This document shows positions 18,977-27,312 of a stretch of 64,000 nt of DNA, piece after piece (position 1 is the first letter of the stretch; each line of letters begins with the position of its first letter). This stretch comes from a virus (taxonomy: Duplodnaviria; Caudoviricetes). The position numbers and the translations under genes were made by a program. Where the stretch lies: positions 32,811-96,810 of IMG/VR virus record IMGVR_UViG_2799113255_000001; one strand, written 5' to 3'. Below the pieces are notes generated by a model. It did not search any database. It was given only the letters and a program-made list of their open reading frames with translations, and was not told the origin of the DNA.

Positions 18977-19373
18977 CCGCCCTCCGAACGTAGTGAGGAG
19001 TGAGTGAGGTACGAAGTACCGAACGAACGACGAACGGAGTGAGGACCAGTGTCGACGGAGCCCGAAAGGGGCTCCGGAGACCGACCTCGGACGCATCTCA
19101 TGCGTCCTTCGGACTCCGGGTCCGCGACCCGGCCCGAGGGGGCCGGTCACGGCCCACCAACCGTAATTCCGTTACGTTAAGTAACTACATTACGTTGGTA
19201 TAACGTGAGGCCGAAGGCCGAACCGACGAGAAGAAGCCGGGGACTCGGCTTCGCCTCGTCCTATATAGAGAACAGTTAGTTCTCTTACCCTCTCATAGTG
19301 TAAGTAGGGGCGTTTTTTGGGTGCGAAGCGCTTTGACTGTCTATTGTTACCGATTCGTTATGATATTCCAGGA

Positions 19374-19387
19374 CTTTACATACGACC
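19374..19387 (+). promoter_or_regulatory. Degenerate stoperator CTTTACATACGACC
   Basis: One mismatch to CTTGACATACGACC. Confidence 0.55.
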
Positions 19388-19434
19388 CGAATGGGTGTTC
19401 GACTTCTAAACCCGTACACGATGGCTCCTCCGGA

Positions 19435-19444
19435 TTACCGCCCG
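19435..19444 (-). other. Ligated cos site CGGGCGGTAA of the cluster-A-like phage
   Basis: Matches the CGGNNGGTAA 10-nt 3' overhang pattern and is followed on the minus strand by ..ATCGTGTACGGGTTTAGAAGTCGA, resembling cluster A left termini. Confidence 0.8.
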
Positions 19445-19608
19445 ATCCTGGGGGCCGGGGGAGGGGTGTCCCCCCTGGGGTGCCGGGTGGGGGCAGCTGC
19501 GCTGCCGACCGTCCCATGCCATGCACGGTGGTGTGCACCGTGCTACCCACCCACGCTTACGTATGTGCATGCGTGTGTGCGTGGTGTCCACATTCGTATG
19601 CACGCACC

Positions 19609-19651
19609 CTTGACATACGGCCTGTGTGTAGTAGAGTGGTCGTATGTCAAA
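19609..19651 (+). promoter_or_regulatory. SigA-type promoter flanked by inverted operators
   Basis: CTTGACATACGGCC (19609-22) contains -35 TTGACA; -10 TAGAGT (19632-37); inverted GGTCGTATGTCAAA (19638-51) covers the ATG. Confidence 0.75.
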
Positions 19652-19853
19652 CACATGGAAGCAACTAGCCCTCGCTACACTCACCGTTGGTGCGTTCTGG
19701 GTAGGACTGCCCACTGCAGTAGAAGCAACAGCACACGCAGACCAATTGCCCGTATGCCAATACGAGGACGGCAATACGGACGGGAAACCGTGCAACTGGA
19801 CCGACCCTGACACAGGCGCGGTGTACTACGTGACATCGGAGAACTACCGATAA
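19644..19853 (+). CDS. Small secreted protein, leaderless
   Basis: Signal-peptide-like N-terminus (AHA), CQYEDG..C.WTDPDTG; followed by terminator. Confidence 0.75.
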   Translation: MSNTWKQLALATLTVGAFWVGLPTAVEATAHADQLPVCQYEDGNTDGKPCNWTDPDTGAVYYVTSENYR

Positions 19854-19871
19854 CCGGCAGCGCCCACCAAG

Positions 19872-19899
19872 AGCCCCCGCTACGGCGGGGGTTTTCTTT
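19872..19899 (+). terminator. Intrinsic terminator
   Basis: GCCCCCGC-TACG-GCGGGGGT followed by TTTCTTT. Confidence 0.85.
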
Positions 19900-19909
19900 G
19901 TGCGTGGGA

Positions 19910-19939
19910 CTTGACATACGACCGTCGATGAGTTAGATT
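19910..19939 (+). promoter_or_regulatory. Operator-overlapped SigA promoter
   Basis: CTTGACATACGACC; TTGACA-17-TAGATT. Confidence 0.8.
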
Positions 19940-20081
19940 GTGGATACAACTTCAGAGCGGGGCAGAGCTAGGGGAACGCAGTTCCCCGACGCCAAGAGCC
20001 AAAACCACTTATGTGGTGTTAGCGAGTCAAGTGAACCCATACGCCAGCGGGTGAGCGAGCGCATAGAGCCAAGCAACACGG

Positions 20082-20111
20082 CTTGACATACGGCCCACAA
20101 TCTGATAGTTT
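20082..20111 (+). promoter_or_regulatory. Operator-overlapped SigA promoter (Pleft-like)
   Basis: CTTGACATACGGCC; TTGACA-17-TAGTTT. Confidence 0.8.
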
Positions 20112-20117
20112 ACAAAC

Positions 20118-20480
20118 ACAACTGAATAGCAAGGACCGGCCCCCTAGTGGGATGTCGCAGCCGTCGCAAACGGTGTGGTCCACAACAACCCGGTGAGAAT
20201 CGGACGCTGCTACAGGCGACGCCAAGCGCACGCAGCACTACATACAGACAGCACGAGAGATCGCCAGCGAGCGTGGTTAGTAGATCGCGATGACCTGGTG
20301 TTCACAAGCGAGTAGCGAGAGCTTGTGATGAAACGGCGTGCTAAAGGTTGGCCTACCTACGGCTGGTCTGGGTCTCAGACCTAAGAGACAAAACTACAGC
20401 CCGCAAGGGCAGTCACGGCAGGTTCGCCCTCTCGATATGACCGTAGAGGTTTGGTTTGACTCCAAACGTGGCACGCAAGA
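20118..20480 (+). ncRNA. Putative large structured ncRNA with tRNA-like 3' domain
   Basis: No plausible sense ORF; GNRA hairpins; GCGTGCTA/TGGCACGC acceptor-like helix and T-arm-like hairpin. Confidence 0.6.
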
Positions 20481-20500
20481 CCTTTTTATTTACCCACGTA

Positions 20501-20514
20501 CTTGACATACGACC
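20501..20514 (+). promoter_or_regulatory. Stoperator CTTGACATACGACC (last copy in window)
   Basis: Exact repeat of 19910-19923. Confidence 0.8.
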
Positions 20515-20582
20515 CGAACGAAATTCGGGGCGTCCAAGCGCCGTGATCTTCGATCACAAGCGCACGGCCTAAGGAGACAACG

Positions 20583-20675
20583 ATGTCCACCAACCAGGTT
20601 CGTACCACCACCTACGCGTACATATACGGACGGGTGTACGTGTCACGCGGTAGTTCGTTCGTGCGGGTACGATAA
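20583..20675 (+). CDS. 30-aa hypothetical protein
   Basis: TAAGGAG RBS; MSTNQVRTTTYAYIYGRVYVSRGSSFVRVR. Confidence 0.55.
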   Translation: MSTNQVRTTTYAYIYGRVYVSRGSSFVRVR

Positions 20676-20695
20676 CACGATTAGGAGTCGTAGAA

Positions 20696-20998
20696 ATGAC
20701 TGAGGTGTGGGAACGCAGGGCCACCTACGGTGACGGATCTTTAGTAAAGGTGGGTGACAACATCCGTTACCACCAGGCCCCAGGTGGACTAATGTCGCCG
20801 CCCGTCAAGCAGCTGCCGGATGGATCTAGCACGGTGTGGTGCCACGGAACCGCTGTGTTAATGCCTCGGTATGGAACGCAAGAGCGGAGAGCGCAAGCTA
20901 CAGCTTTAGGCGTCGACGTTGATGAGGTCGTGTTGAAGTGCGATACCTGCGCGGGTCGTTACCACTTTATCTTCGGCCACGTTATCGAGAAACGATAA
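20696..20998 (+). CDS. Hypothetical protein
   Basis: AGGAG RBS; 100-aa ORF. Confidence 0.65.
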   Translation: MTEVWERRATYGDGSLVKVGDNIRYHQAPGGLMSPPVKQLPDGSSTVWCHGTAVLMPRYGTQERRAQATALGVDVDEVVLKCDTCAGRYHFIFGHVIEKR

Positions 20999-21127
20999 AA
21001 GGTATGAGCACGTTGATACACCTAGTGGTTGCCGGTGTGTTCGGTGTTGCAGCCGTCGCTGTCGCCACTAGAGGTTTGACGAGATACGAACGCAGACACC
21101 CAACTACACGGGACTAGGAGGCACATC

Positions 21128-21250
21128 ATGACTGAAAAGGATCTAATCGCCCTCATCGAAGCTGAGGGAGAAGCCATCGAAGCCAACCCGGACGCCCCAA
21201 TAACCGACGAAACCAAAGTCACTCGTGGACGCCCAGTCAAGGGCGAGTAA
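21128..21250 (+). CDS. 40-aa protein, possibly a truncated antitoxin-like N-terminus
   Basis: AGGAGG RBS; MTEKDLIALIEAEGEAIEANPDAPITDETKVTRGRP. Confidence 0.5.
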   Translation: MTEKDLIALIEAEGEAIEANPDAPITDETKVTRGRPVKGE

Positions 21251-21570
21251 GGGGGAAAGACATGAGCGACGTAACGGACCGTATAGACAAGATAGACCAA
21301 ATGCTGTTCGACGCTGGCGTAATGGTGCTTTCGGCGAAGACTGGGGCGCAGCGTAAGGCAGCTGACCGCAAGATCATGGACGCCCGTGTAGAGCTGATGA
21401 GACTGCGATCGAGGTTCGGATGAGCGACTCCGCAAAACCACCAAGCGACAAAGAAATTGACGACGAATTAATGCTCGCCATCTACGGGTATGACCCCAAC
21501 GATAATTACCCCGAGTGGGGTAACGAATCGATGCGTAAGGCATACCTGGCGGGTTGGGAGGACGGTCAAC

Positions 21571-21915
21571 GTGTCTGATCCTTCAATCGAAGTCGCTAAG
21601 AAATGCTGGACGGGGTTCGCCGACGGGATGTTCACGCCGAACGATCCCGAATTCCTGGCACTACTCACCGCTACCCGTGAGATGGCTAAGACGGTACAGG
21701 AACTACACAAACCTTTCAAGGTCTACCCGGACAACGAGATTGAACTGAGAAGGCGCCGATTAGGTCGGTCGCAACTAGCCCATCTACGTACCGGAAAGGT
21801 GGAACTACCCCCGCAGATCAGGTGTGGCCACTGCTACGACGAAGACGGCGATCCTGTTGCGTGGCCCTGTGAGACCGCTAAACGGGTCTACCCAAGTGAG
21901 GAACTGAATAAATGA
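21571..21915 (+). CDS. Hypothetical protein (CxxC..WPCET)
   Basis: MSDPSIEVAKKCW...CGHC...WPCETAKRVY; paralogous to 22386..22640. Confidence 0.65.
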   Translation: MSDPSIEVAKKCWTGFADGMFTPNDPEFLALLTATREMAKTVQELHKPFKVYPDNEIELRRRRLGRSQLAHLRTGKVELPPQIRCGHCYDEDGDPVAWPCETAKRVYPSEELNK

Positions 21916-22188
21916 TCAGTGAATACAGAAGCGGATATCTGGCGCGGTCCGGTTCAACCTGGTATTGGGTCGGCAGTCACGTAACGAACTGTCGGTGCAC
22001 TTGCACTTGGACACACGAGTTTCGAGACCCAAGATGCGTGGTGACCTGGTGATAGCAGCGGATGCATTGTTGAACCATCAATTTCGGCCCGTAAATCACG
22101 CCAGTATCGGTTCCGAGGACCACTGTGCCTGTGGGTTTCGGCCACGAGGTTGGGCGGAGTGGGTCTGGCACGTAGGGGAACTAGGACT

Positions 22189-22389
22189 ATGAGCGACAAA
22201 GCAATTGCGGACGTAATAGAGCGGCTAGAGGCGGATGAGAAACGCAGCACTGAACAGATCAACGAGTGCTACCAATTTGCCCACCGGTACCCGAATGTTC
22301 CCGCGAACTGGGAAGCAGTGGCGGAATGTCGCGGCGAGCTGTTCGGTATCCGTAGATCCCTCTCCTATCTGCGCGAGGTGCAGTCATGA
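22189..22389 (+). CDS. Hypothetical protein
   Basis: ATGA-coupled ORF in operon. Confidence 0.6.
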   Translation: MSDKAIADVIERLEADEKRSTEQINECYQFAHRYPNVPANWEAVAECRGELFGIRRSLSYLREVQS

Positions 22390-22640
22390 CCGATCCAGCA
22401 GTAGAGGCGGCGCGACGGGCGTGGCAAGCCGAGGGCTGGGGTGATGGGCCTTTGGCGATGAGCGAAGGCCACCTTGCGGAAGCCGCTGCCCGTGAGGCTT
22501 TGAGGCCGATACGGGAGAAGTGGGAAGAACTTCTAGGCCCATACGCCACGCGACTTGTGGACCCCGAAGCCACCGGGGCTATCAAGGTCTTAGAAGCCTT
22601 CGCCCCCTTGATTTTCACAACAGAGGAGTTGAACCAATGA
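22386..22640 (+). CDS. Hypothetical protein
   Basis: MTDPAVEAARRAW; ATGA overlaps on both sides. Confidence 0.7.
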   Translation: MTDPAVEAARRAWQAEGWGDGPLAMSEGHLAEAAAREALRPIREKWEELLGPYATRLVDPEATGAIKVLEAFAPLIFTTEELNQ

Positions 22641-22966
22641 CAACTACACACGTCTATCCGCCACTCACCCCGGAAGATTTCGAAACACAGTACGACGAGA
22701 AGAACCGATACATGTTCACCGAGGATGAGAACGGTGACATGTACTACGCCTACGGGCATGACCGGGATAGTGAATTCGTAAGGCAGCTAAGGGAATACTG
22801 CATTGAAATCTACAGAAGCAGTCCCGATGACGCTGAGTTCAGCGAAGGGGATATAACGCATCTGTGGGCGGTAACCGTTGAGCCCGCCCCAGAGTGGCGA
22901 TTCACCTGGCGGGACGTAACCGAGAGCACACCTGGTGCCTTCCCCATCTCTGTCGTGACCCTGTGA
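22637..22966 (+). CDS. Hypothetical protein
   Basis: GAGGAG RBS; ATGA overlap. Confidence 0.7.
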   Translation: MTTTHVYPPLTPEDFETQYDEKNRYMFTEDENGDMYYAYGHDRDSEFVRQLREYCIEIYRSSPDDAEFSEGDITHLWAVTVEPAPEWRFTWRDVTESTPGAFPISVVTL

Positions 22967-22982
22967 CAGAGGAGCTAGAGCG

Positions 22983-23324
22983 ATGAGTGACGAACCTTCG
23001 GACGCGCAGAAGCTCATATCGGAAGTGGTTCGCAAGCACCGACTCTTGCCGGGAACCGTGACCGGCCCGCAGTACTGCTCATGCGTATGGGGTGGCCTCG
23101 ATTACCCGGCGCACGTTGCCGCCGAGGTGGATAAAGCCCTTGGAGGACTCAACCGGACGTGGGCTGCTGTATTTCCAGACGGCTCCTACATGACCCCGTA
23201 CCACGAAGTGTGGAACTTCCACCCCAACAAGAGCGCTCGCGAACTGGCCGAAGGCGATGTAGCGGAATATGAAGACACCACCCTTAAGGCTCAATGGGTG
23301 TCTGGCTGGACGGTGACCGAATGA
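22983..23324 (+). CDS. Hypothetical protein
   Basis: RBS; CSC...HVA motif common in small phage proteins. Confidence 0.65.
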   Translation: MSDEPSDAQKLISEVVRKHRLLPGTVTGPQYCSCVWGGLDYPAHVAAEVDKALGGLNRTWAAVFPDGSYMTPYHEVWNFHPNKSARELAEGDVAEYEDTTLKAQWVSGWTVTE

Positions 23325-23478
23325 ATGAGCTTATAGACCGTGCTATCGAAGAGGTGTCGAAGGTTCGGTTGGGCATCAAGTCCCGAGATCGCTTCTGGAC
23401 TAGCGACTATCGAGAAGTCTTTCCCCAACTCGCGGGGGTTGATTGGCAGCGAGAGGCGTGGCGCCTTTGGTGGGTCTC

Positions 23479-23667
23479 ATGACTGACTACCAAGACACGG
23501 GTAGCCGGCGGAAACCTACGGCATACACCGAAACGGGGGCCGCTGAGCGGGTGTGCCCGGACTGTAGTGCCCCAGAAGGACATCCCTGTAGATGGATAGC
23601 CATGGATGGGCAGGGGGATTTAGGGAAACCAAGGCATTGGCCGCATGAGACACGTTGGAGGAAATGA
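23479..23667 (+). CDS. Small Zn-finger protein
   Basis: CPDC..PEGHPC...PH; ATGA overlap. Confidence 0.6.
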   Translation: MTDYQDTGSRRKPTAYTETGAAERVCPDCSAPEGHPCRWIAMDGQGDLGKPRHWPHETRWRK

Positions 23668-23668
23668 A

Positions 23669-23986
23669 ATGCGTGACGATATTCACCCTGGACCGCGCAT
23701 CATCTCCGGTAAAGCGGAACTACCCTGCCTGAAACCGGAGCCCTGGATGATCCAGGCGTCCTGCGCCACCGCAGACCCGGACGCGTTTTTCCCCCATAAG
23801 CGTGGCGACGGTGATAGCGAGTCGATCACCGTGCAGTACCAATACGCCAAGAAGATATGCCGCTCATGCCCAGTCAGGGTTGAGTGTTTGACCTACGCGA
23901 TCGTCAACGACGAACGCGACGGGATCTACGGCGGCTTAGGCCCTCGTGAGCGCGCGAAGATCATGCGTAACAGGGAGGCAAGCTGA
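23669..23986 (+). CDS. whiB: WhiB-family transcription factor
   Basis: W...ASC..ADPDAFFP...AKKICRSCPVRVECL.YA...GIYGG. Confidence 0.9.
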   Translation: MRDDIHPGPRIISGKAELPCLKPEPWMIQASCATADPDAFFPHKRGDGDSESITVQYQYAKKICRSCPVRVECLTYAIVNDERDGIYGGLGPRERAKIMRNREAS

Positions 23987-24300
23987 TGCCGCACTCAAGC
24001 CCTACCGACTGGATAGCCGGTGGAAGTGTCGCCGCAGACATCGTTGGATGCCTCACCGGTCTGGTCGCGGACCTGTCCTGGCAGGATAAAGCGGCGTGCC
24101 GTGGACTCCCTACGGAGTGGTGGTTCCCGGACCAAGGCGGCAGCCGGGAATGTAAGCGGGCCAAGGAAATCTGCCACGGCTGCCCAGTCAAACTCCAATG
24201 CCTCCAATTCGCGATAGAGGTACACGACCAGCACGGAATTTACGGGGAGCTGTCATTGAAGGACAGGCGCAGGTGGAACCAGGAAAGGAAAGCGGGCTAG
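23986..24300 (+). CDS. whiB: WhiB-family transcription factor (second, tandem)
   Basis: WQDKAAC...WFP...AKEICHGCPVKLQCL.FA...GIYGE. Confidence 0.88.
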   Translation: MPHSSPTDWIAGGSVAADIVGCLTGLVADLSWQDKAACRGLPTEWWFPDQGGSRECKRAKEICHGCPVKLQCLQFAIEVHDQHGIYGELSLKDRRRWNQERKAG

Positions 24301-24341
24301 ACACCGCGAATGTCAGTGTATCGGAGGATAATTGAGGTATG
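24298..24341 (+). promoter_or_regulatory. TAGAC-family leaderless promoter unit (copy 1)
   Basis: TAGACACCG...GATAATTGAGGT-ATG. Confidence 0.7.
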
Positions 24342-24770
24342 GGAATGACTGATTTACAGAACGTCCACGAGCGCATTGCGGGCAAGCGTATAGCCTCCGT
24401 CGAGGCCGACGGTACGAGGCTGGTGCTAAACGATGGCACTGTGCTGCATCTCTACATGTCAGACAGTGACTGTTGTGCTTCCGCCGATGGGAAGTGGGTA
24501 ATCCAGCCGGACGCGCTGGAGGCGATTATTACCGGCGTTCAGGTTACACCAGACGCGGATCGGAGCGGTTATGACGGTGACGGAAATACCAACTACGCCA
24601 CCATCTCAATTCTGCACAACCAGAACCCCATTGCCCTTGCAGACTGCTATGCCAATGACGGTAATGGGGGCTACTACTTCTCCGTGCTATCCCTCCGTGT
24701 TGTCATGCCCGGTGACGAAGATGACGTCAAGGTGGAAGTCCTGAACTCTGACTCCTCGTCCAGCGATTGA
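24339..24770 (+). CDS. Hypothetical accessory protein
   Basis: DCC and GNGGYY motifs; own promoter unit. Confidence 0.7.
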   Translation: MGMTDLQNVHERIAGKRIASVEADGTRLVLNDGTVLHLYMSDSDCCASADGKWVIQPDALEAIITGVQVTPDADRSGYDGDGNTNYATISILHNQNPIALADCYANDGNGGYYFSVLSLRVVMPGDEDDVKVEVLNSDSSSSD

Positions 24771-25046
24771 GGAGGTAGTGAGAGTTGAGTGCTGAACCGC
24801 TGCAATGGGACCACAACCCAGATATTCGCGTCCCAAAGAATGGGTGCCGCGCCGAAGTTGACGGCGGTGCTTACATTCTGTTCAAGTACGGCGCTAGTTC
24901 GTGGCAGGTGCTTTTCAGCACTGGGTGGCATATACCCGATGAGGTCTATCTCGGCGACAGCGAATCAGACGCACTAGCCGCAGCAGAAGCTCACCATATC
25001 GCCATTAGGCAGAGAACGATCTACCGTCGAACGGGCAGGAGTGACG

Positions 25047-25415
25047 ATGCCGCAGCGGATTCAGCGGAAGCGCACTAGGGGTTGGCGAATGCCCGAGGGT
25101 GCTATCTACGTCGGGCGACCGAGCCAATGGGGCAACCCGTTTCGACCTGTTCTCGTCGGTGGCGAGTGGCTCATAGAGGATGACAACGGCGTCCAGTACG
25201 ACGGGTTCGGGAGCAAGGTAAGCGCTATCGGTCGGTGCGTTGCGCTCTACCGGTCGCTCGATATGACGTTCATGACAGACGCAGACCTAGACGAGTTCGT
25301 CGCGCCGCTACGGGGCCACGATCTCGCCTGCTGGTGCTCTCTCGATTCCCCTTGTCATGCAGACGTGCTGCTTGAACTCGCTAACGATCCACCGTCGAAC
25401 GGAGAAGCTTTGTGA
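25047..25415 (+). CDS. DUF4326-like protein
   Basis: RIQRKRT.GWRMPEGAIYVGRPS.WGNPF...LRGHDLACWC....PCHADVLLELAN. Confidence 0.8.
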   Translation: MPQRIQRKRTRGWRMPEGAIYVGRPSQWGNPFRPVLVGGEWLIEDDNGVQYDGFGSKVSAIGRCVALYRSLDMTFMTDADLDEFVAPLRGHDLACWCSLDSPCHADVLLELANDPPSNGEAL

Positions 25416-25554
25416 GCGAACTACGTAGAGCACTGTTGGTAGCCAAAGCGGAAGCGGCACTTATCCCCACCGGCCGACGGGCTGAGCTCGACCGCAGATT
25501 CACTGCGGCCCAGAAGGCGGCACAGGCTCACGCCACGTACAGGAGGTCCGCTTA

Positions 25555-26232
25555 GTGTCCGTCTCCGACAGCTTCTTTCTCGATAAAGGCTCCCAACACA
25601 AGCTCCGTGAAGAGTTGGCCAGCATCCCCCGCATGATCGGGGAGCTGTCCGTCACCCTCACCCGCCAGGCTCGCATCCAGAGGCCAGGGTTGAGTATGTC
25701 CCGAAGGCCCAAGCCTGAGTCTCAGGTCCCCATCCATATCGGGGCACACAACGCCGCTGACGTACTGCACAACTGCCTAGGTACGTGGGTGAGGCTGGTA
25801 TGCGAACAACGAGCGATCGTGTGGGATAAGGGCAACGACATCATCACGCTGGCCAAGTGGCTGCGAGTCAACATGATCGCCCTAGCCCTCACTGAAGGTT
25901 CAGAAGAAGCGTACGAGGACATCAAAGCCGCTATCGATGACTGCTGGCGACAGATAGACATCCCCGCCGACGATGACATTGTGATCGACCGAGGACGAGT
26001 ACATGAAGCGAACAAACACATCGTCACCGCCGACACCATCGAACCTATCGCCCGCCGGATAGGGGAGATGGGAAAGAAGCTGAATGCGCAGCGGGTGCAC
26101 TCGCTTACCCGTGGTGGGCATCTGCGTCCAGTCTCTAGCGACCCGGACACGGGTAAGAAGTTCTACCGACTGGGGGATGTGCTGCACGCGCACAACAACT
26201 GCGAGAAACGAGACCGAAAGAAGGGCGCATGA
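25555..26232 (+). CDS. Putative DNA-binding late regulator
   Basis: 225 aa; C-terminal wHTH-like segment (..RGGHL...KFYRLGDVL); lies at end of early region. Confidence 0.55.
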   Translation: MSVSDSFFLDKGSQHKLREELASIPRMIGELSVTLTRQARIQRPGLSMSRRPKPESQVPIHIGAHNAADVLHNCLGTWVRLVCEQRAIVWDKGNDIITLAKWLRVNMIALALTEGSEEAYEDIKAAIDDCWRQIDIPADDDIVIDRGRVHEANKHIVTADTIEPIARRIGEMGKKLNAQRVHSLTRGGHLRPVSSDPDTGKKFYRLGDVLHAHNNCEKRDRKKGA

Positions 26233-26429
26233 GCGACGGACGCGGCATGTACATGAAGTACCGAGTTGAGCGGATGGACGGCAAGGATATGGGGCCATGT
26301 TTCATCCTTGAATACAAGAAGGATCGCCACGCGCGGGTGGCACTTGCGGCGTATGCCGACGCGTGCGCCGAGGACAATCCTGGACTAGCCCAAGACCTGC
26401 GGTGGACGCTAGAGGAGCTGGAGCGGTGA
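26229..26429 (+). CDS. Hypothetical protein
   Basis: KYRVER.DG...FIL...D.HARVALAAYA; ATGA overlap. Confidence 0.7.
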   Translation: MSDGRGMYMKYRVERMDGKDMGPCFILEYKKDRHARVALAAYADACAEDNPGLAQDLRWTLEELER

Positions 26430-27005
26430 GGGTCGGGACCTGTCCGAAGTGTAAGCACTTGGAAGGTCGACACATCCAGTCCACGTACTTCGATGAAGAG
26501 ACGTGGACTGGCCGATTCGTGTACGCCAGGTGCGATTGTGGCTGCACCCACTACGTCGTAGTGGAGCCGGTCTAGTGTCGGCCCTCGACTGTGAGGGGAG
26601 TGACCTAGATCCTGGTTGGTGCTGCACCCATAGATGCGATTTCAGGGACCCTAGGCATCCGCACTGCTGGCAGAACTGTGACGAAGAAGATTGCGCCGCC
26701 CCTGAGTGTGATTGGGTTGAGTAGTTCACGCTGGTCGCACATACTGCGCAGGCCAAGGTATCTCACGCATCTTCCACGCCTGCGTAGGGTTGGCCGCAGT
26801 GACCCAAACGATAGGCATATCGCGTCCGGGAACTACCCGAGTGGTAGTTAGACACTCAACTTCACCACCGGTTGCGGTGGTTACGTAGACACGCATTCTA
26901 GCTTCAATACCCATACGTCTAGCGTCGGTCTTGCCAAAAGATCTGTAAAGAAAAATCTATGCGACACCGCGTTATGGCAGTGCCTTATGGCAAGCCGCAA
27001 AGGGA

Positions 27006-27266
27006 GTGAAACTGATGAACGTATGGATAGTCTCTGCGCATCGGTCCTGGGGCGACAGGATTGAATACCACGGACACAGGGGGGATACCCACCGCTGGAT
27101 GGGCTGGACGCGACCCATACCCAAGGTGGGGGAAGTTATTGAAACTGAATTGAAGTCCGGACGGGCGGCCCGCTTTCGGATAGTTGAGGTTGAGCGCGGG
27201 TACGGCACGGATGATATGTGGTGGGCCACAACCTCGGACGCGCCCATTTATGGAGCGACGACGTAA
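27006..27266 (+). CDS. Hypothetical protein
   Basis: 86-aa ORF with upstream purine-rich RBS. Confidence 0.55.
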   Translation: MKLMNVWIVSAHRSWGDRIEYHGHRGDTHRWMGWTRPIPKVGEVIETELKSGRAARFRIVEVERGYGTDDMWWATTSDAPIYGATT

Positions 27267-27277
27267 CTGCCTCCACC

Positions 27278-27306
27278 TTGCATAAGTATATCGGTTCTGA
27301 TATATT
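27278..27306 (+). promoter_or_regulatory. TA operon promoter with palindromic operator
   Basis: TTGCAT-17-TATATT; TATATC-GGTTCT-GATATA inverted repeat; GTG 6 nt after -10. Confidence 0.75.
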
Positions 27307-27312
27307 AATGAG

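Larger units (their letters stand above)
1..20600 (-). mobile_element. Cluster-A-like mycobacteriophage prophage segment (left arm, cos, extreme right end)
   Basis: Gene order HNH-terS-minor tails-tRNA-lysA-lysB-terL-portal-protease-scaffold-capsid-head/tail-MTP-TAC; cluster-A-type cos and TGTCAAG stoperators. Right boundary approximate. Confidence 0.9.

Noticed and set aside
19492-19511. Alternative cos CGGTCGGCAG
   Set aside because: Lacks the GGT(A/T)A end and the adjacent TGTACGGGTTT..AAGTCGA terminus motif present at 19435-19444
19520-19608. Alternating purine-pyrimidine (GTGTGC/GCAC) tract
   Set aside because: Low-complexity sequence near a phage end; no testable structure identified
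26961-27008. GCGACACCGCG as a seventh TAGAC unit
   Set aside because: No TAG, no AATTG -10 block, and no start codon at +41/42
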